The notes beneath the pieces are model-generated. The model ran no database searches, was not told the DNA's origin, and worked only from the letters and a program-made list of their open reading frames with translations. DNA of 64,000 nt, from NCBI GenBank assembly GCA_963760795.1, contig CAVXEP010000010.1, forward strand, positions 1 to 64,000. Direction: 5' to 3'. How positions within the stretch are numbered: the stretch's first letter is position 1; the number at the start of each line of letters is the position of its first letter. Source of the DNA: an uncultured delta proteobacterium. Lineage in GTDB: Bacteria > Desulfobacterota > Binatia > UBA9968. Position numbers and translations under genes: made by a program. Below are positions 51,007 through 61,229 of this stretch, piece by piece.

Positions 51007-51864
51007 ATGCAAAATAAATCTTATTTCCCGACCTTGCTCGCTGTCCTGGCTTTGGTTCTGGCGGTCCCATCGCATCTTCCCGCCGGAGAAGCGGCCAGCA
51101 AAAACCTCATCCTGTCGACCACCACCAGCACCCAGGACTCGGGGCTGCTGGATGTTCTGGTGCCGCTGTTCGAGAAAAAGAGCGGCTACAGCGTAAAGAC
51201 CGTCTCGGTCGGCACCGGCCAAGCCCTCGAGTTGGCGGCCAAGGGAGAGGCAGATGTGGCGCTGGTCCATGCGCCGAGCCTGGAGAAAAAATACGTTGCC
51301 GACGGCAAGCTGCTCAATCGCCGCCTCGTCATGTACAACGACTTTATCTTGCTCGGTCCGGCGAACGATCCCGCCCAGATCAAATCGACCAAAAGCAGCG
51401 CCGAGGCGATGAAGCGGATCGCGGCGAGCGCGAACAGATTCGTCTCTCGTGGCGACAACTCCGGCACCCACAACCTTGAAAAGTCGCTTTGGAAACAGGC
51501 GGGAATTGACCCCAAGGGCGCTTGGTACATCGAGTCAGGCCAAGGAATGGGGGCGACCCTAGGCATCGCTAATGACCGGAACAGCTACACGATCACCGAC
51601 CGCGCGACCTATCTGGCCTTTCGTAAACGGGTAACTCTCGCGATCCTACTGGAAGGCGACAGGCCGCTCTTGAACATCTATTCGGTGATGGAAGTGAATC
51701 CCGCCAACGGCCCGCGAATCAACACCGCCGGGGGAAAAAACTTCGCCGATTTCATGGTCGCGCCGGAGACCCAGGCCGTGATCAAGAGCTTCGGCGTGGA
51801 AAAGTTCGGCCAGCCGCTGTTCATTCCGGTCGCGGGAATGCGCGAAGAACAGGTGGGAGAATAG
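51007..51864 (+). CDS. tupA: Tungstate ABC transporter substrate-binding protein
   Basis: TTTS motif, DSGLL, GTGQAL, FVSRGDNSGT, GQGMG. Confidence 0.92.
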   Translation: MQNKSYFPTLLAVLALVLAVPSHLPAGEAASKNLILSTTTSTQDSGLLDVLVPLFEKKSGYSVKTVSVGTGQALELAAKGEADVALVHAPSLEKKYVADGKLLNRRLVMYNDFILLGPANDPAQIKSTKSSAEAMKRIAASANRFVSRGDNSGTHNLEKSLWKQAGIDPKGAWYIESGQGMGATLGIANDRNSYTITDRATYLAFRKRVTLAILLEGDRPLLNIYSVMEVNPANGPRINTAGGKNFADFMVAPETQAVIKSFGVEKFGQPLFIPVAGMREEQVGE

Positions 51865-51865
51865 C

Positions 51866-52579
51866 GTGGAACTCGTCTGGGAAGGGATCAAGCATGCCTG
51901 CTGGCTCTTGCTCAGCCGCGATGCCGAGGTGCTCGGGATTACCCTTTTCTCGTTGCAGGTTTCCGGCGCCGCCACCGGACTATCCCTCGTCGTCGGAATT
52001 CCCCTGGGAATTTTACTCGCCATGAAGCGCTTCCCAGGCCACAGCCTCGCCGTCAGCCTGATTAATACCGGCATGGGACTCCCGCCCGTGGTCGTCGGTT
52101 TGTTCGTCACGATCTTTCTCTGGCGCAGCGGCCCGCTCGGTTATATGGAATTGCTCTACACGCCGACGGCGATGATCATCGCTCAGGTGGTGATCGCATT
52201 TCCCATCGTCGCCGGCCTGACCATGGCTGCATTCCAGAGCCTCAATCCCAATTTGCCGCTTCAGCTACTGGGAATCGGCGCATCGACCCCGCAACTCCTC
52301 TGGTTGCTCTGCAAGGAAGCCCGGCTGCCTTTGCTCGCGGCGATCATGGCCGGGTTCGGCGGAGTCATCTCCGAAGTCGGCGCATCGATGATGGTCGGCG
52401 GCAATATCCGCGGCCAGACCCGCGTACTGACGACCGCGACGGTTTTGGAAACCGGCAAAGGCAACTTTGAAATCGCCATCGCCCTCGGTTTAATTCTCCT
52501 GGTTCTCACCTTTGCGGTGAATCTTCTCCTCACCCACATTCAGCAGCGCGAGCAGATCCGATGGCCGAAGCCCTCCTAA
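51866..52579 (+). CDS. tupB: Tungstate ABC transporter permease
   Basis: MGLPPVVVGL, RSGPLG, SEVGA, GGNI, TRVLTT. Confidence 0.92.
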   Translation: MELVWEGIKHACWLLLSRDAEVLGITLFSLQVSGAATGLSLVVGIPLGILLAMKRFPGHSLAVSLINTGMGLPPVVVGLFVTIFLWRSGPLGYMELLYTPTAMIIAQVVIAFPIVAGLTMAAFQSLNPNLPLQLLGIGASTPQLLWLLCKEARLPLLAAIMAGFGGVISEVGASMMVGGNIRGQTRVLTTATVLETGKGNFEIAIALGLILLVLTFAVNLLLTHIQQREQIRWPKPS

Positions 52580-53652
52580 CTCTTCGCGACATCCTGGTCC
52601 GCTACGGCCCGTCCACCATCCTTGAATTTTCTTCGCTGGCCATTCACGCCGGTGAAAATCTCGCCGTCATCGGACCCAATGGCGCGGGAAAATCGACGCT
52701 GCTCCGCCTGATGGGACAACTGCAGCAGCCGACCCAGGGCAAGATCTACTTTCATGACCGCGAAGTAATCCCATCCGATGGCCTCGCGATCCGGCGCCGC
52801 ATGGCGAGCGTATTTCAGGAGCCGCTGCTGTTAAATGCCTCGGTCTATGACAACGCGGCGTTGGGCCTAAGACTGCGCGGTTTGGACCGCCGCTCCATCG
52901 AACGGCGGGTTCAACCCTGGCTCGAGCGGCTTGGCATCGGCCATCTTATGCGCCGCCGGGCTCGAAGCCTTTCCGGCGGCGAGGCCCAGCGCACCAGCTT
53001 GGCTCGCGCCCTGGCGCTCGACCCCGAGATCCTCTTTTTAGACGAACCCTTTTCTCCCCTCGACCCGCCCACGCACGAGGGCCTGCTGCTTGATCTGGAG
53101 CGCATACTGCGCGAAACGGGTATCACCACCGTGTTCGTCACCCACGATCGTGATGAGGCTTTCATGTTCGGCGACCGAATTGCGGTGCTCATAGGCGGCA
53201 AGCTGCTCCAGACCGGGCCGACGACGGAAGTCTTTGCTCATCCGGAAAACCTGGAGGTCGCTCACTTCGTCGGGTTCGACACCAAAATCCCTGGAGTCGT
53301 GGAGAGCGCGAGCGAACATTCGGCCCAAGTCCGCTTTAACGGCGGCTATGCGCAGGTGGTCGGTAATTTTCAAGCCGGCGAGCAGCTGTTTCTTTGCCTT
53401 CGACCGGAGGATATCACTGTGAGTCTGCCGGGAGTGGAGGGCGCCAAATCGAGCGCGTGTAACCAGCTTCAGGGCAAGGCGCTGAAAGTCACTCCCTGGG
53501 GCGCTCACTACCGGATGGTGGCCGCATGCGGGGAAAACCGTCTCGTCGCCTTTATCACCAGACCGTCATTCCTCGGACTTAAGATCGCAGAGGGAGACGA
53601 GATCGTTGCGTCGTTCAAAGCATCAGCGGTTCACGTGATTAAACGAAAATGA
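52561..53652 (+). CDS. tupC: Tungstate ABC transporter ATPase with a TOBE domain
   Basis: GPNGAGKS, LSGGE, LDEP, VTHD; C-terminal FKASAVH. Confidence 0.9.
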   Translation: MAEALLTLRDILVRYGPSTILEFSSLAIHAGENLAVIGPNGAGKSTLLRLMGQLQQPTQGKIYFHDREVIPSDGLAIRRRMASVFQEPLLLNASVYDNAALGLRLRGLDRRSIERRVQPWLERLGIGHLMRRRARSLSGGEAQRTSLARALALDPEILFLDEPFSPLDPPTHEGLLLDLERILRETGITTVFVTHDRDEAFMFGDRIAVLIGGKLLQTGPTTEVFAHPENLEVAHFVGFDTKIPGVVESASEHSAQVRFNGGYAQVVGNFQAGEQLFLCLRPEDITVSLPGVEGAKSSACNQLQGKALKVTPWGAHYRMVAACGENRLVAFITRPSFLGLKIAEGDEIVASFKASAVHVIKRK

Positions 53653-53692
53653 AGTGTTGAAGTATAGCCTCAACACCGACTCCATTTTTCCC

Positions 53693-53720
53693 TTGACATT
53701 GATTCTCCCAGCGATAGGAT
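53693..53720 (+). promoter_or_regulatory. Candidate sigma70 promoter of the fdh operon
   Basis: TTGACA-N16-TAGGAT. Confidence 0.55.
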
Positions 53721-53859
53721 GCCAGCCGTTTTAGCGTTGTTGCGCATTGAGCTTCGTGCAGCAATAAATTTATCGGCTCGCCGATTGTGAAATCATGTCG
53801 CTTACCAGTGTCCTCTCTTTTTCACTCCATCCTTTCGCTGCAGAAAAAGGAGTCAAAAC

Positions 53860-56800
53860 ATGGAAGTTTCACGACGAGATTTTCTCCGGCTTTCAGTCGC
53901 CGCGGGCACCGGCACAGCGCTCAGCGGCCTGATCGGTTCAGGCGTTAACCTAGGGCCGGCGGTGGCGCGGGCGCAGGAACTCAGGATCAAGGACGCCAAG
54001 GTCACTCCCAGCGTCTGCCCCTATTGCTCGGTGGGCTGCGGCACCCTGGTTCATACGGTCAAGGGGCAGATCGTCAACATCGAGGGCGATCCGCGCAGTC
54101 CGCACAACGAGGGCACCCTCTGCCCCAAGGGCGCGGCGATCTTCCAGCTCCACGTCAATCCCAATCGTCCGACGCAGGTTCTCCATCGTAATCCCGGCGC
54201 CACGCGACTGGGAAGTATGGGACCTCGAGCGCGCCATGAACCGCATCGCCGAGCTGGTGAAGAAGACGCGCGACGAGACCTTTATCGAGAAACTGCCCAA
54301 CGACAAGGTCGTCAATATGACACCGGCCATTTTTTCCCTCGGTGGCGCCACCCTCGAGGTCGAGTTCAATCATGTGCACCAAAAGCTCATGCGCGGCCTG
54401 GGCATAGTCGCCATCGAGAATCAGGCGCGCATATGACACAGCTCTAGCGTCCCCGGTCTGGGGACCCGATTCGGCCGCGGCGCGGCCACCCTCTACCCGC
54501 GCAGCATGTACGATTCCGACTGCATCATCGTCATGGGCTCCAACATGGCGGAGAACCATCCCGTCGCCTTCCGCTGGCCGATGAAGGCCAAGGTCGAGCA
54601 TGGCGCCAAGATCATCCACGTCGATCCGCGCTTCACCCGCACCAGCGCCGTCGCCGATATTTACGCGCCGGTGCGCGCCGGCTCGGACATCGCCTTTCTC
54701 GGCGGAATCATCAAATATGTTCTCGACAGCGAGAAGTGGAACACCGACCCATTCTTCAAAAAATTCGTCGTGAACTACACGAATGCTCCGACCATCATCC
54801 ACGAGGACTTCAAGGACACCGAAGATTTAGACGGAGTGTTCTCCGGCCTTATGCAATCCAAAGGCGGGGTCGCCGAATGGCCGTTCAACGGTTTTACCAA
54901 TCAATACGACGGCGCGACCTGGCAATATGCTCGCACCAAGGTCGGAGCTCAGGGCGAAGGGGCGGCGCCGACCGCGCGTTCCGGTGAGACGCCGACATCC
55001 TCTGGACCGACCGGAGAAAAAAAAGCGGCGACGCCCGCAGCCACGCCCGCGCCGGCAGCCGCCAAAGCCCCGCAGGGCCCGCCATTCGAGCCGCTTGTCG
55101 CGTCGTTGGTGCGGCCTGCGGCGATAAAAGACGAGACGCTGCAGAACCCGCGCTGCGTTTTCCAAATCGTTAAACGGCATTTCGCCCGCTACACGCCGGA
55201 GATGGTCGAAAAAGCCACCGGCTGCCCGAAAGAAATTTTTCTTCAGGTCGCCGAGACCATTCTGGCTAATTCGGGCGCGGACCGGACGACCTCATTCGCC
55301 TATGCGGTCGCCTGGACGCAACATACCTACGGCGTCCAGATCATCGGCGCCTGCGCGCTGCTACAACTTTTGCTCGGCAACATCGGCCGTCCGGGCGCGG
55401 GCGTAATGGCGCTGCGCGGCCACGCCTCGATCCAGGGCTCTACGGACATCCCCACGCTTTATCACTCGATTCAGGGTTATCTGGCGGCGCCGACGGCGCT
55501 GAAGAAACACGACACCCTGCAAGATTACATCGCCGGCGAGACGGTACCGACGGGGTATTGGGCGAACATGCCGAAATTCATGGTGTCATACCTGAAGTCC
55601 GTTTACGGTGACGCGGCGACCAAGGAGAACCAGTTCGGCTACGACTGGCACCCGAAAATTCTCGGCGACCACTCACACATGGCCATGTTCGCGGCGATGA
55701 ACGCCGGCAAGGTGAAGGGAATGATCTGCATCGGCCAGAACCCGGCCACCTCGATCAACGCCAAACTGGAGCGGACCGGACTGAGAAAGCTCGAATGGCT
55801 GGTCATCAAGGACAATTGGCTCACGGAGACGGCGACATACTGGAGGAACGCGCCGGAAGTCAAGAACGGCGAGGTCAAGACGGCGGACATCAAAACCGAA
55901 GTTTTCTTCTTGCCCGCCACCCAGGTCGCCGAGCTCGAAGGCACCTTCACCAACACCCAGCGGCTATTACAATTCCATCATAAAGCGGCCGAGGCGCCCG
56001 GGGATTGCCGATCGGACACGCTGTTCAGTTACGATCTCGGCAAGCGGCTGAAGAAACTTTACGCCAACTCGACCGCGCCGCGCGACGAGGGCTTCAAAAA
56101 TCTCGTCTGGGACTACGAGCATGAGAACGAAGCCGAGCGCAAGAAGGGCGAGCCTTCGGCGCTGAAGATTCTCAAAGAGATCAACGGCTTTTTCACCGAA
56201 GACCCCGCGCGCCACTGCGTCGGTTTCGGCGAGCTCAAGGACGATGGCTCGACGACCTGCGCCTCGTGGATCTATTCGGGCGTCTATCCGGCAGTGGGTA
56301 AGCTCCTCGCCGACCGGCGCACTCCCGACCCGCCCGGCAAACCCGGCGCGCAACTCAATTGGGGATGGGCATGGCCGGCGAACCGGCGGGTGATGTACAA
56401 CCGCGCTTCCGCCGACCCCGACGGCAAGCCGTGGAGCGAAAAAAAGAAATGGGTCTGGTGGGATGCGGAGGCAAAGAAATGGGTCGGCTATGACGTGCCG
56501 GACTATATCGCGGCGAAGCCGCCTACCGATAAAGCGAAACCCGGCGCTGCCGGCATGGATGCGCTTCCCGGAACTGCGCCGTTTATCATGCGGCCGGACG
56601 GATTGGGGTGGCTCTTCGTACCCGCGGGCCTCGTCGACGGGCCGCTGCCGACGCACTACGAGCCGGTGGAATCGCCAGTCGCCAATTTGCTCTATAAGCA
56701 GCAGACGAGCTCCGGTCTACAAACATTGGCAAGGTGAACCGGCAACGACCTGGCGAAGATGGGCGATCCCAAGTTCCCCTATGTTCTGACAACCTATCGC

Positions 56801-57163
56801 TTGACCGAGCACTACCTCGCCGGCGCCATGAGCCGCTGGCTGCCCTGGCTCGCCGAGCTGCAACCCGAGCTTTTCGTCGAGATCAGTCCCGAGCTGGCCA
56901 AGGAGAAAGGCATCAAGAACCTCGACTGGTGCAAGATCACCAGCCCGCGGACGCAGATCCGCGCCAAGGCTCTGGTTACGCGCCGCATGCGCCCCTTCAA
57001 GATCGACGGCAAAATCATCCATCAGGTGGGTATGCCCTGGCACTGGGGCTATGAAGGTCTTTCCACCGGAGATATCGTCAACGAGCTGACGTCGCTGATA
57101 GCCGATCCGAACGTTTCGATGCACGAGGGCAAGGCTTTTGTGTGTAATGTCGAGAAGGCGTGA
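53860..57163 (+). CDS. fdnG: Formate dehydrogenase alpha subunit, selenocysteine-containing, Tat-exported (indels near 54206 and 56710-56740)
   Basis: SRRDFL, CPYCSVGC...LCPKG, NQARI-UGA-HS at 54434-54436, MGSNMAENHP, ALRGHASIQG, TTYRLTEH, PWHWG. Confidence 0.93.
54449..54465 (+). promoter_or_regulatory. Bacterial SECIS-like hairpin
   Basis: GTCCCC-GGTCT-GGGGAC starting 13 nt after the in-frame TGA, with G at the start of the apical loop. Confidence 0.75.
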
Positions 57164-57217
57164 GACGCGAGTAAGAACCAACGGCGCGCGATAGCATTCT
57201 TCATAGGAGGGTGGGAA

Positions 57218-58028
57218 ATGGCTGCTCCAGTCGAACCCATGGGTTTCTACACCGACACGACCGTGTGCATCGGCTGCAAGGCGTGCGAAGTCGCTTGCAA
57301 GGAATGGAATCAGCTCCCCAGCACCAACGGCGGCGTCAACACGTTGAGCGGCGATAGTTACGACAACACCCGCGCGCTAGACGGCATCCACTGGCGTCAT
57401 GTGAAATTCATCGAGCAGTTCACCGAGGACCGCAAGGACGGCCGCTGGCTGCTGATGAGCGACGTGTGCAAGCACTGCGTCAACGCGCCATGTTTGGAGG
57501 TCTGCCCCACCGGCGCCATCGTGCGCACCGAGTTCGATTCGGTGGTCATCCAGTCGGACGCCTGCAACGGCTGCCGCGACTGCATCTCGGCCTGTCCTTT
57601 CGGCGTCATCGAAGTCAATCCAGCCTCGGGCACCGCGCAGAAGTGCACGCTTTGCTATGACCGGCTGCAGGGCGGTTTGGAGCCGGCCTGCTCGAAGGCT
57701 TGTCCGACACAATCGATCCAGTTTGGCACCATCAACGATTTGAAAGGCCGGGCGCAGAAACGCGTGGACCAGCTTCAACAGATGGGCGAGAAGAGAGCCT
57801 ATCTTTACGGCGCGGATGAAAAAATGCTCGGCGGGCTCAATTCGTTTTACCTGCTGGTCGACAAACCGGAAGTCTACGGCTTGCCCCCTGATCCGAAAAT
57901 GCCCACGCGCAATCTCAAATCCGGCACTTGGTTCTCCGCCTTGGGCGCCATTCTGGTCGGTCTGATGGGTATCATCAATTTCCGCAACCGCGGCGCCGCG
58001 CGCGAACGCTCGGGAGGATCGGCCATGA
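57218..58028 (+). CDS. fdnH: Formate dehydrogenase Fe-S beta subunit (reads in-frame into nrfD in this sequence)
   Basis: CIGCKACEVAC, CKHC..APCLEVCP, CNGCRDCISACP, KCTLC...CSKACP; C-terminal TM. Confidence 0.9.
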
Positions 58029-58931
58029 ACCAGTTTCCCTCGAGCACTTTTTTCAGCGCGCCGCCGGACTGGGGTTGGTACATTGTTTTTTACTTTTTTT
58101 TCGGCGGCCTCGCCGGCGGAAGCTATTTTCTCGCCGTACTGATCGATTTGTTCAGCAGACCGGAAGACCGTCCGCTCGCACGCCTGGGGTACTACATCTC
58201 GTTCCCTTGCATCGTTATCAGCGGGCTGCTGCTGACTCTTGATCTCGGCAGGCCCGAGCGGTTTTGGCATATGCTGATCCAGTCGAATACCTTTCAGCCG
58301 ATCTTCAAGCCCTGGTCACCGATGTCGGTCGGATCTTGGGCGCTGATGATCTTCGGGATTTTTTCGCTCCTCGCTTTCTTGAGCGCGCTTGCAGAAGATG
58401 GTCGTTGGCAACGGCCGGCGGCCCGCGCGCCTGCGGCCTCCCGGCATGCTCGGATCGATCATCGCCGTGATCGGCGGGCTCTTCGGTTTCTACGTCGCGG
58501 GTTATACGGGAGTTCTTCTCGCCGTCACCAATCGTCCGATTTGGTCCGACACGCCGCTGCTCGGCATGCTGTTCGTGGTTTCGGCGGCGTCGATATCGGC
58601 GGCTTTGATGATTCTGCTGGCGCACAAGTCCGGCCGCACCATGCCGGGCGTTAATGCGCTGCACCGCTTGGACAGCTGGGTGGTCGCGTTGGAATTTGTC
58701 GTTCTCATCGCCGTCATGATTTCCCTGGGGCCGGTATTTCGCGCCTGGCTGAACGCCTGGGGTCTTCTGCTCTTTTTTGGCGTCATCGTTCTTGGCATGC
58801 TGCTACCCTTGGCTCTCTACTGGCGCAGACAATGGTTCGGCGATTTGAACGTCACCGCGGCCGCCGCAGCGGTCCTGGCCGGCGGTTTCATTCTGCGCCT
58901 GGTGATCGTTTTTTCGGCTCAAGGAGTTTGA
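58025..58931 (+). CDS. nrfD: NrfD/PsrC-type membrane anchor (frameshift near 58428)
   Basis: GGAGG SD; WGWYIVFYFFFGGLAGG, DLGRPERF, SPMSVGSW, YTGVLL, RPIW. Confidence 0.88.
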
Positions 58932-58932
58932 C

Positions 58933-59163
58933 GTGGCGCACACTACGATTTTCTTTTTAGTCGTTCTCTGCGCTCTTGCCGCCTGCGCGAGTCCGGAAAC
59001 CGGCCGATCGCGCGGCGGCGGTCCGGGCGCCGACGTCGGCAATCGGACCAAGTTCGTGCGCATGCATGAAGGCGCGGACCCTTTCTACAAGACCCCAAAA
59101 CTTATTCGCAGCCAACCGCCGCCGTTGGCGCCGGCGCGCCAGGCCGACACGCTTAGCCGCTGA
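58933..59163 (+). CDS. Small lipoprotein
   Basis: AAGGAG SD, GTG start, LAAC lipobox, RGGGPGADVGNR; TGATG coupling to fdhE. Confidence 0.7.
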   Translation: MAHTTIFFLVVLCALAACASPETGRSRGGGPGADVGNRTKFVRMHEGADPFYKTPKLIRSQPPPLAPARQADTLSR

Positions 59164-60045
59164 TGACGGCTTCCATCGATACGGATATCCAGGATCTCGG
59201 CCGCCAACGGCCCGAGTGGCAGCCCTGGCTCTCTGTGGTTCAGCAGGTCCTCAGAGAAACCGCCGACGCTAAATGGGACGCAGTTATCCCGGATCGCGCC
59301 GAGCCGCGAGAAAACAAGGCGCCGCTTCTGGCGGGCGCTTTGATCGCGCTAGAAACGAGGTGGCTGCGTCGTTGGACCCAGCAGCTGATCGGCACCGCCA
59401 GCCGTAGTGGCACAGAAAAAATGGCGACACTCAAGGGCGCGCTGCAAGAGACGACCGATACTCTTTCCCTGTTCAAAGCTGCCCTCCGCCTGGATGAAAG
59501 CGCGCTAAAACAGATCGCAGTGAACTGTGATGCCGACCCGGACAGCATTCCAGGCGGTTACAGCGCTGCTACCTGTGCCTTTCCTCCACGCCTGCAATCG
59601 CCGCTGGGCGCATTCGCTGCCTCAAGGCTGGGTTGAAGGGTATTGCCCCGTATGCGGTGCCTGGCCTGCCGTCGCCGAAGTGCGCGGCATCGAGCGCAGC
59701 CGTTACTTCCGCTGCGGCCGCTGCGCCGGCGAGTGGCAAGTCAACTGTTTGGTTTGCGCGTACTGCGGCATGACCGACCATGAACAGCTGGTCTCGCTGG
59801 TGCCGGAGCAAGTCGGCAATACGCGCGTGATTGAAGCCTGCAAGCGCTGTCTCGGCTATGTCAAAACTTTCACCACCCTCCAGGCCACTCCGGCCGCCAG
59901 GGTGATACTCGACGATCTCGCCAGCGTGGATCTCGATATCGCGGCGGTGGAGCATGGTTACAAACGTCCCCAAGGACCCGGTTACCGCTTCGACGTCACG
60001 GTCGTCGATAAAATCACTGACAAATTTTCTTTTTGGAGAGCATGA
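59163..60045 (+). CDS. fdhE: Formate dehydrogenase accessory protein FdhE (frameshift near 59545)
   Basis: GYCPVCG, CGRC..EW, CAYCG, CKRCLGYVK, DDLAS..LD. Confidence 0.9.
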
Positions 60046-60432
60046 GTGGCACCGGCAATTCGCCCAGCCCAGGTTTGCCAGGCATTGCTCGCGGCGCTCG
60101 AAGCGTCCGAGGGGCAACGAAAGAGACGCAAGCGCGACCAAACACCCGACGCCATCGGACTGGCGGTGAAACGGGAACTGCTGGAGCGCGCCGTCGAAGC
60201 CGACCCCGAGCCGGAAGCCTTCGAAGCATGGCTGCTCAATTATTCTCAGACCTGCGTCGCTGCTGAATTAGCTGGCCCGGCCTCCGCTATGGCTAGGTCC
60301 GTGTTCGACGAATGGCGGTTGGCTCATTCGTTGAAAGAATTTAATGTTTGGTTGAATCAGGGAGCGCCGTCGGCGGATGTTGCCGATGGGAACCAAGAAA
60401 GCTCGCACACGAACGTTAGAGAGACTCGGTAA
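60046..60432 (+). CDS. Hypothetical protein
   Basis: Coherent 128-aa ORF (LEASEGQRKRRKRDQTPDAIGL) directly after fdhE. Confidence 0.65.
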   Translation: MAPAIRPAQVCQALLAALEASEGQRKRRKRDQTPDAIGLAVKRELLERAVEADPEPEAFEAWLLNYSQTCVAAELAGPASAMARSVFDEWRLAHSLKEFNVWLNQGAPSADVADGNQESSHTNVRETR

Positions 60433-60535
60433 ATCGCCGAGCGACTCGTCCCGCAGGGTTGTGGGATGCGGACCACCAGTCAAGATTCGTAACTACGTCC
60501 AACCTGCCGTTTCTTAACACTCCACAATTAGTCCA

Positions 60536-60570
60536 CACTCGAATCTGCGACAGATTCGAGTGAATTTTCT
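60536..60570 (+). terminator. Probable terminator of the fdh operon
   Basis: 12-bp stem CACTCGAATCTG/CAGATTCGAGTG followed by AATTTTCT. Confidence 0.6.
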
Positions 60571-60682
60571 ATCTGCACCGAGCCGGTCTGAGGGGATGAA
60601 GTTTGCAGATCACTCGGTTTGTTATATAAACCCAAGATTGGCTTGACAGATCTCGTCCAGCACAGGGGAAAGGATTACCACG

Positions 60683-61123
60683 ATGAAACTAACCAAGGTT
60701 TACCACATGGGCATCCCGGTCGATGATTTGGACCGCGCTAGAGAGTTTTACACCAACGTATTGGGCATGGACTATCTCGGCCGGGTCGGCGGCAATCCGA
60801 GCAACCCGGATTCATTTCCCGTGCATGGCGTGGCGCAAAAACTCGACCGGCTGCGCTGCGGCGATTATGACGTCGTGCTGTTTGCCCGTCCGCGACCGCT
60901 CAACCGCGACGCCGTCGACCAAGACGGCATTACCCACCAAGCTTTCAGTTTGGCCTGGGAAGATTATGACGCAGCGATGAAACAAGCCAAGGAACTCGGC
61001 AAATTCCACCGCAGCGTCGAACGCGACAGCGGCAATACGATTTACATGTTCGACTCGGAAGGCAACTATCTCGAGCTCCACTTCGCCCGCCCCGGCGGTC
61101 GAAGCGCACGGCAGGCGGTTTAA
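60683..61123 (+). CDS. VOC/glyoxalase family protein
   Basis: HMGIPVDDLDRAREFY, HQAF, IYMFDSEGNYLE. Confidence 0.88.
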   Translation: MKLTKVYHMGIPVDDLDRAREFYTNVLGMDYLGRVGGNPSNPDSFPVHGVAQKLDRLRCGDYDVVLFARPRPLNRDAVDQDGITHQAFSLAWEDYDAAMKQAKELGKFHRSVERDSGNTIYMFDSEGNYLELHFARPGGRSARQAV

Positions 61124-61194
61124 ATCGCGGATCGATGATGGAGGATAGAGCATCGAGTACTGGATCATCCATCCTCGATCGTCAATCCTCGACC
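61124..61194. repeat. Heptamer-periodic palindrome, same family as 9625-9689
   Basis: Reverse complement begins GGTCGAGGAT and contains CTATCCTCCATC, both also present in the 9.6 kb copy. Confidence 0.8.
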
Positions 61195-61229
61195 CGTTCA
61201 AGCAACAACGCTAAAGCGAACAAAAAACA

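Noticed and set aside
54434-54436. Nonsense mutation in fdnG
   Set aside because: The TGA sits at the catalytic Sec/Cys position and is followed by a SECIS-like hairpin
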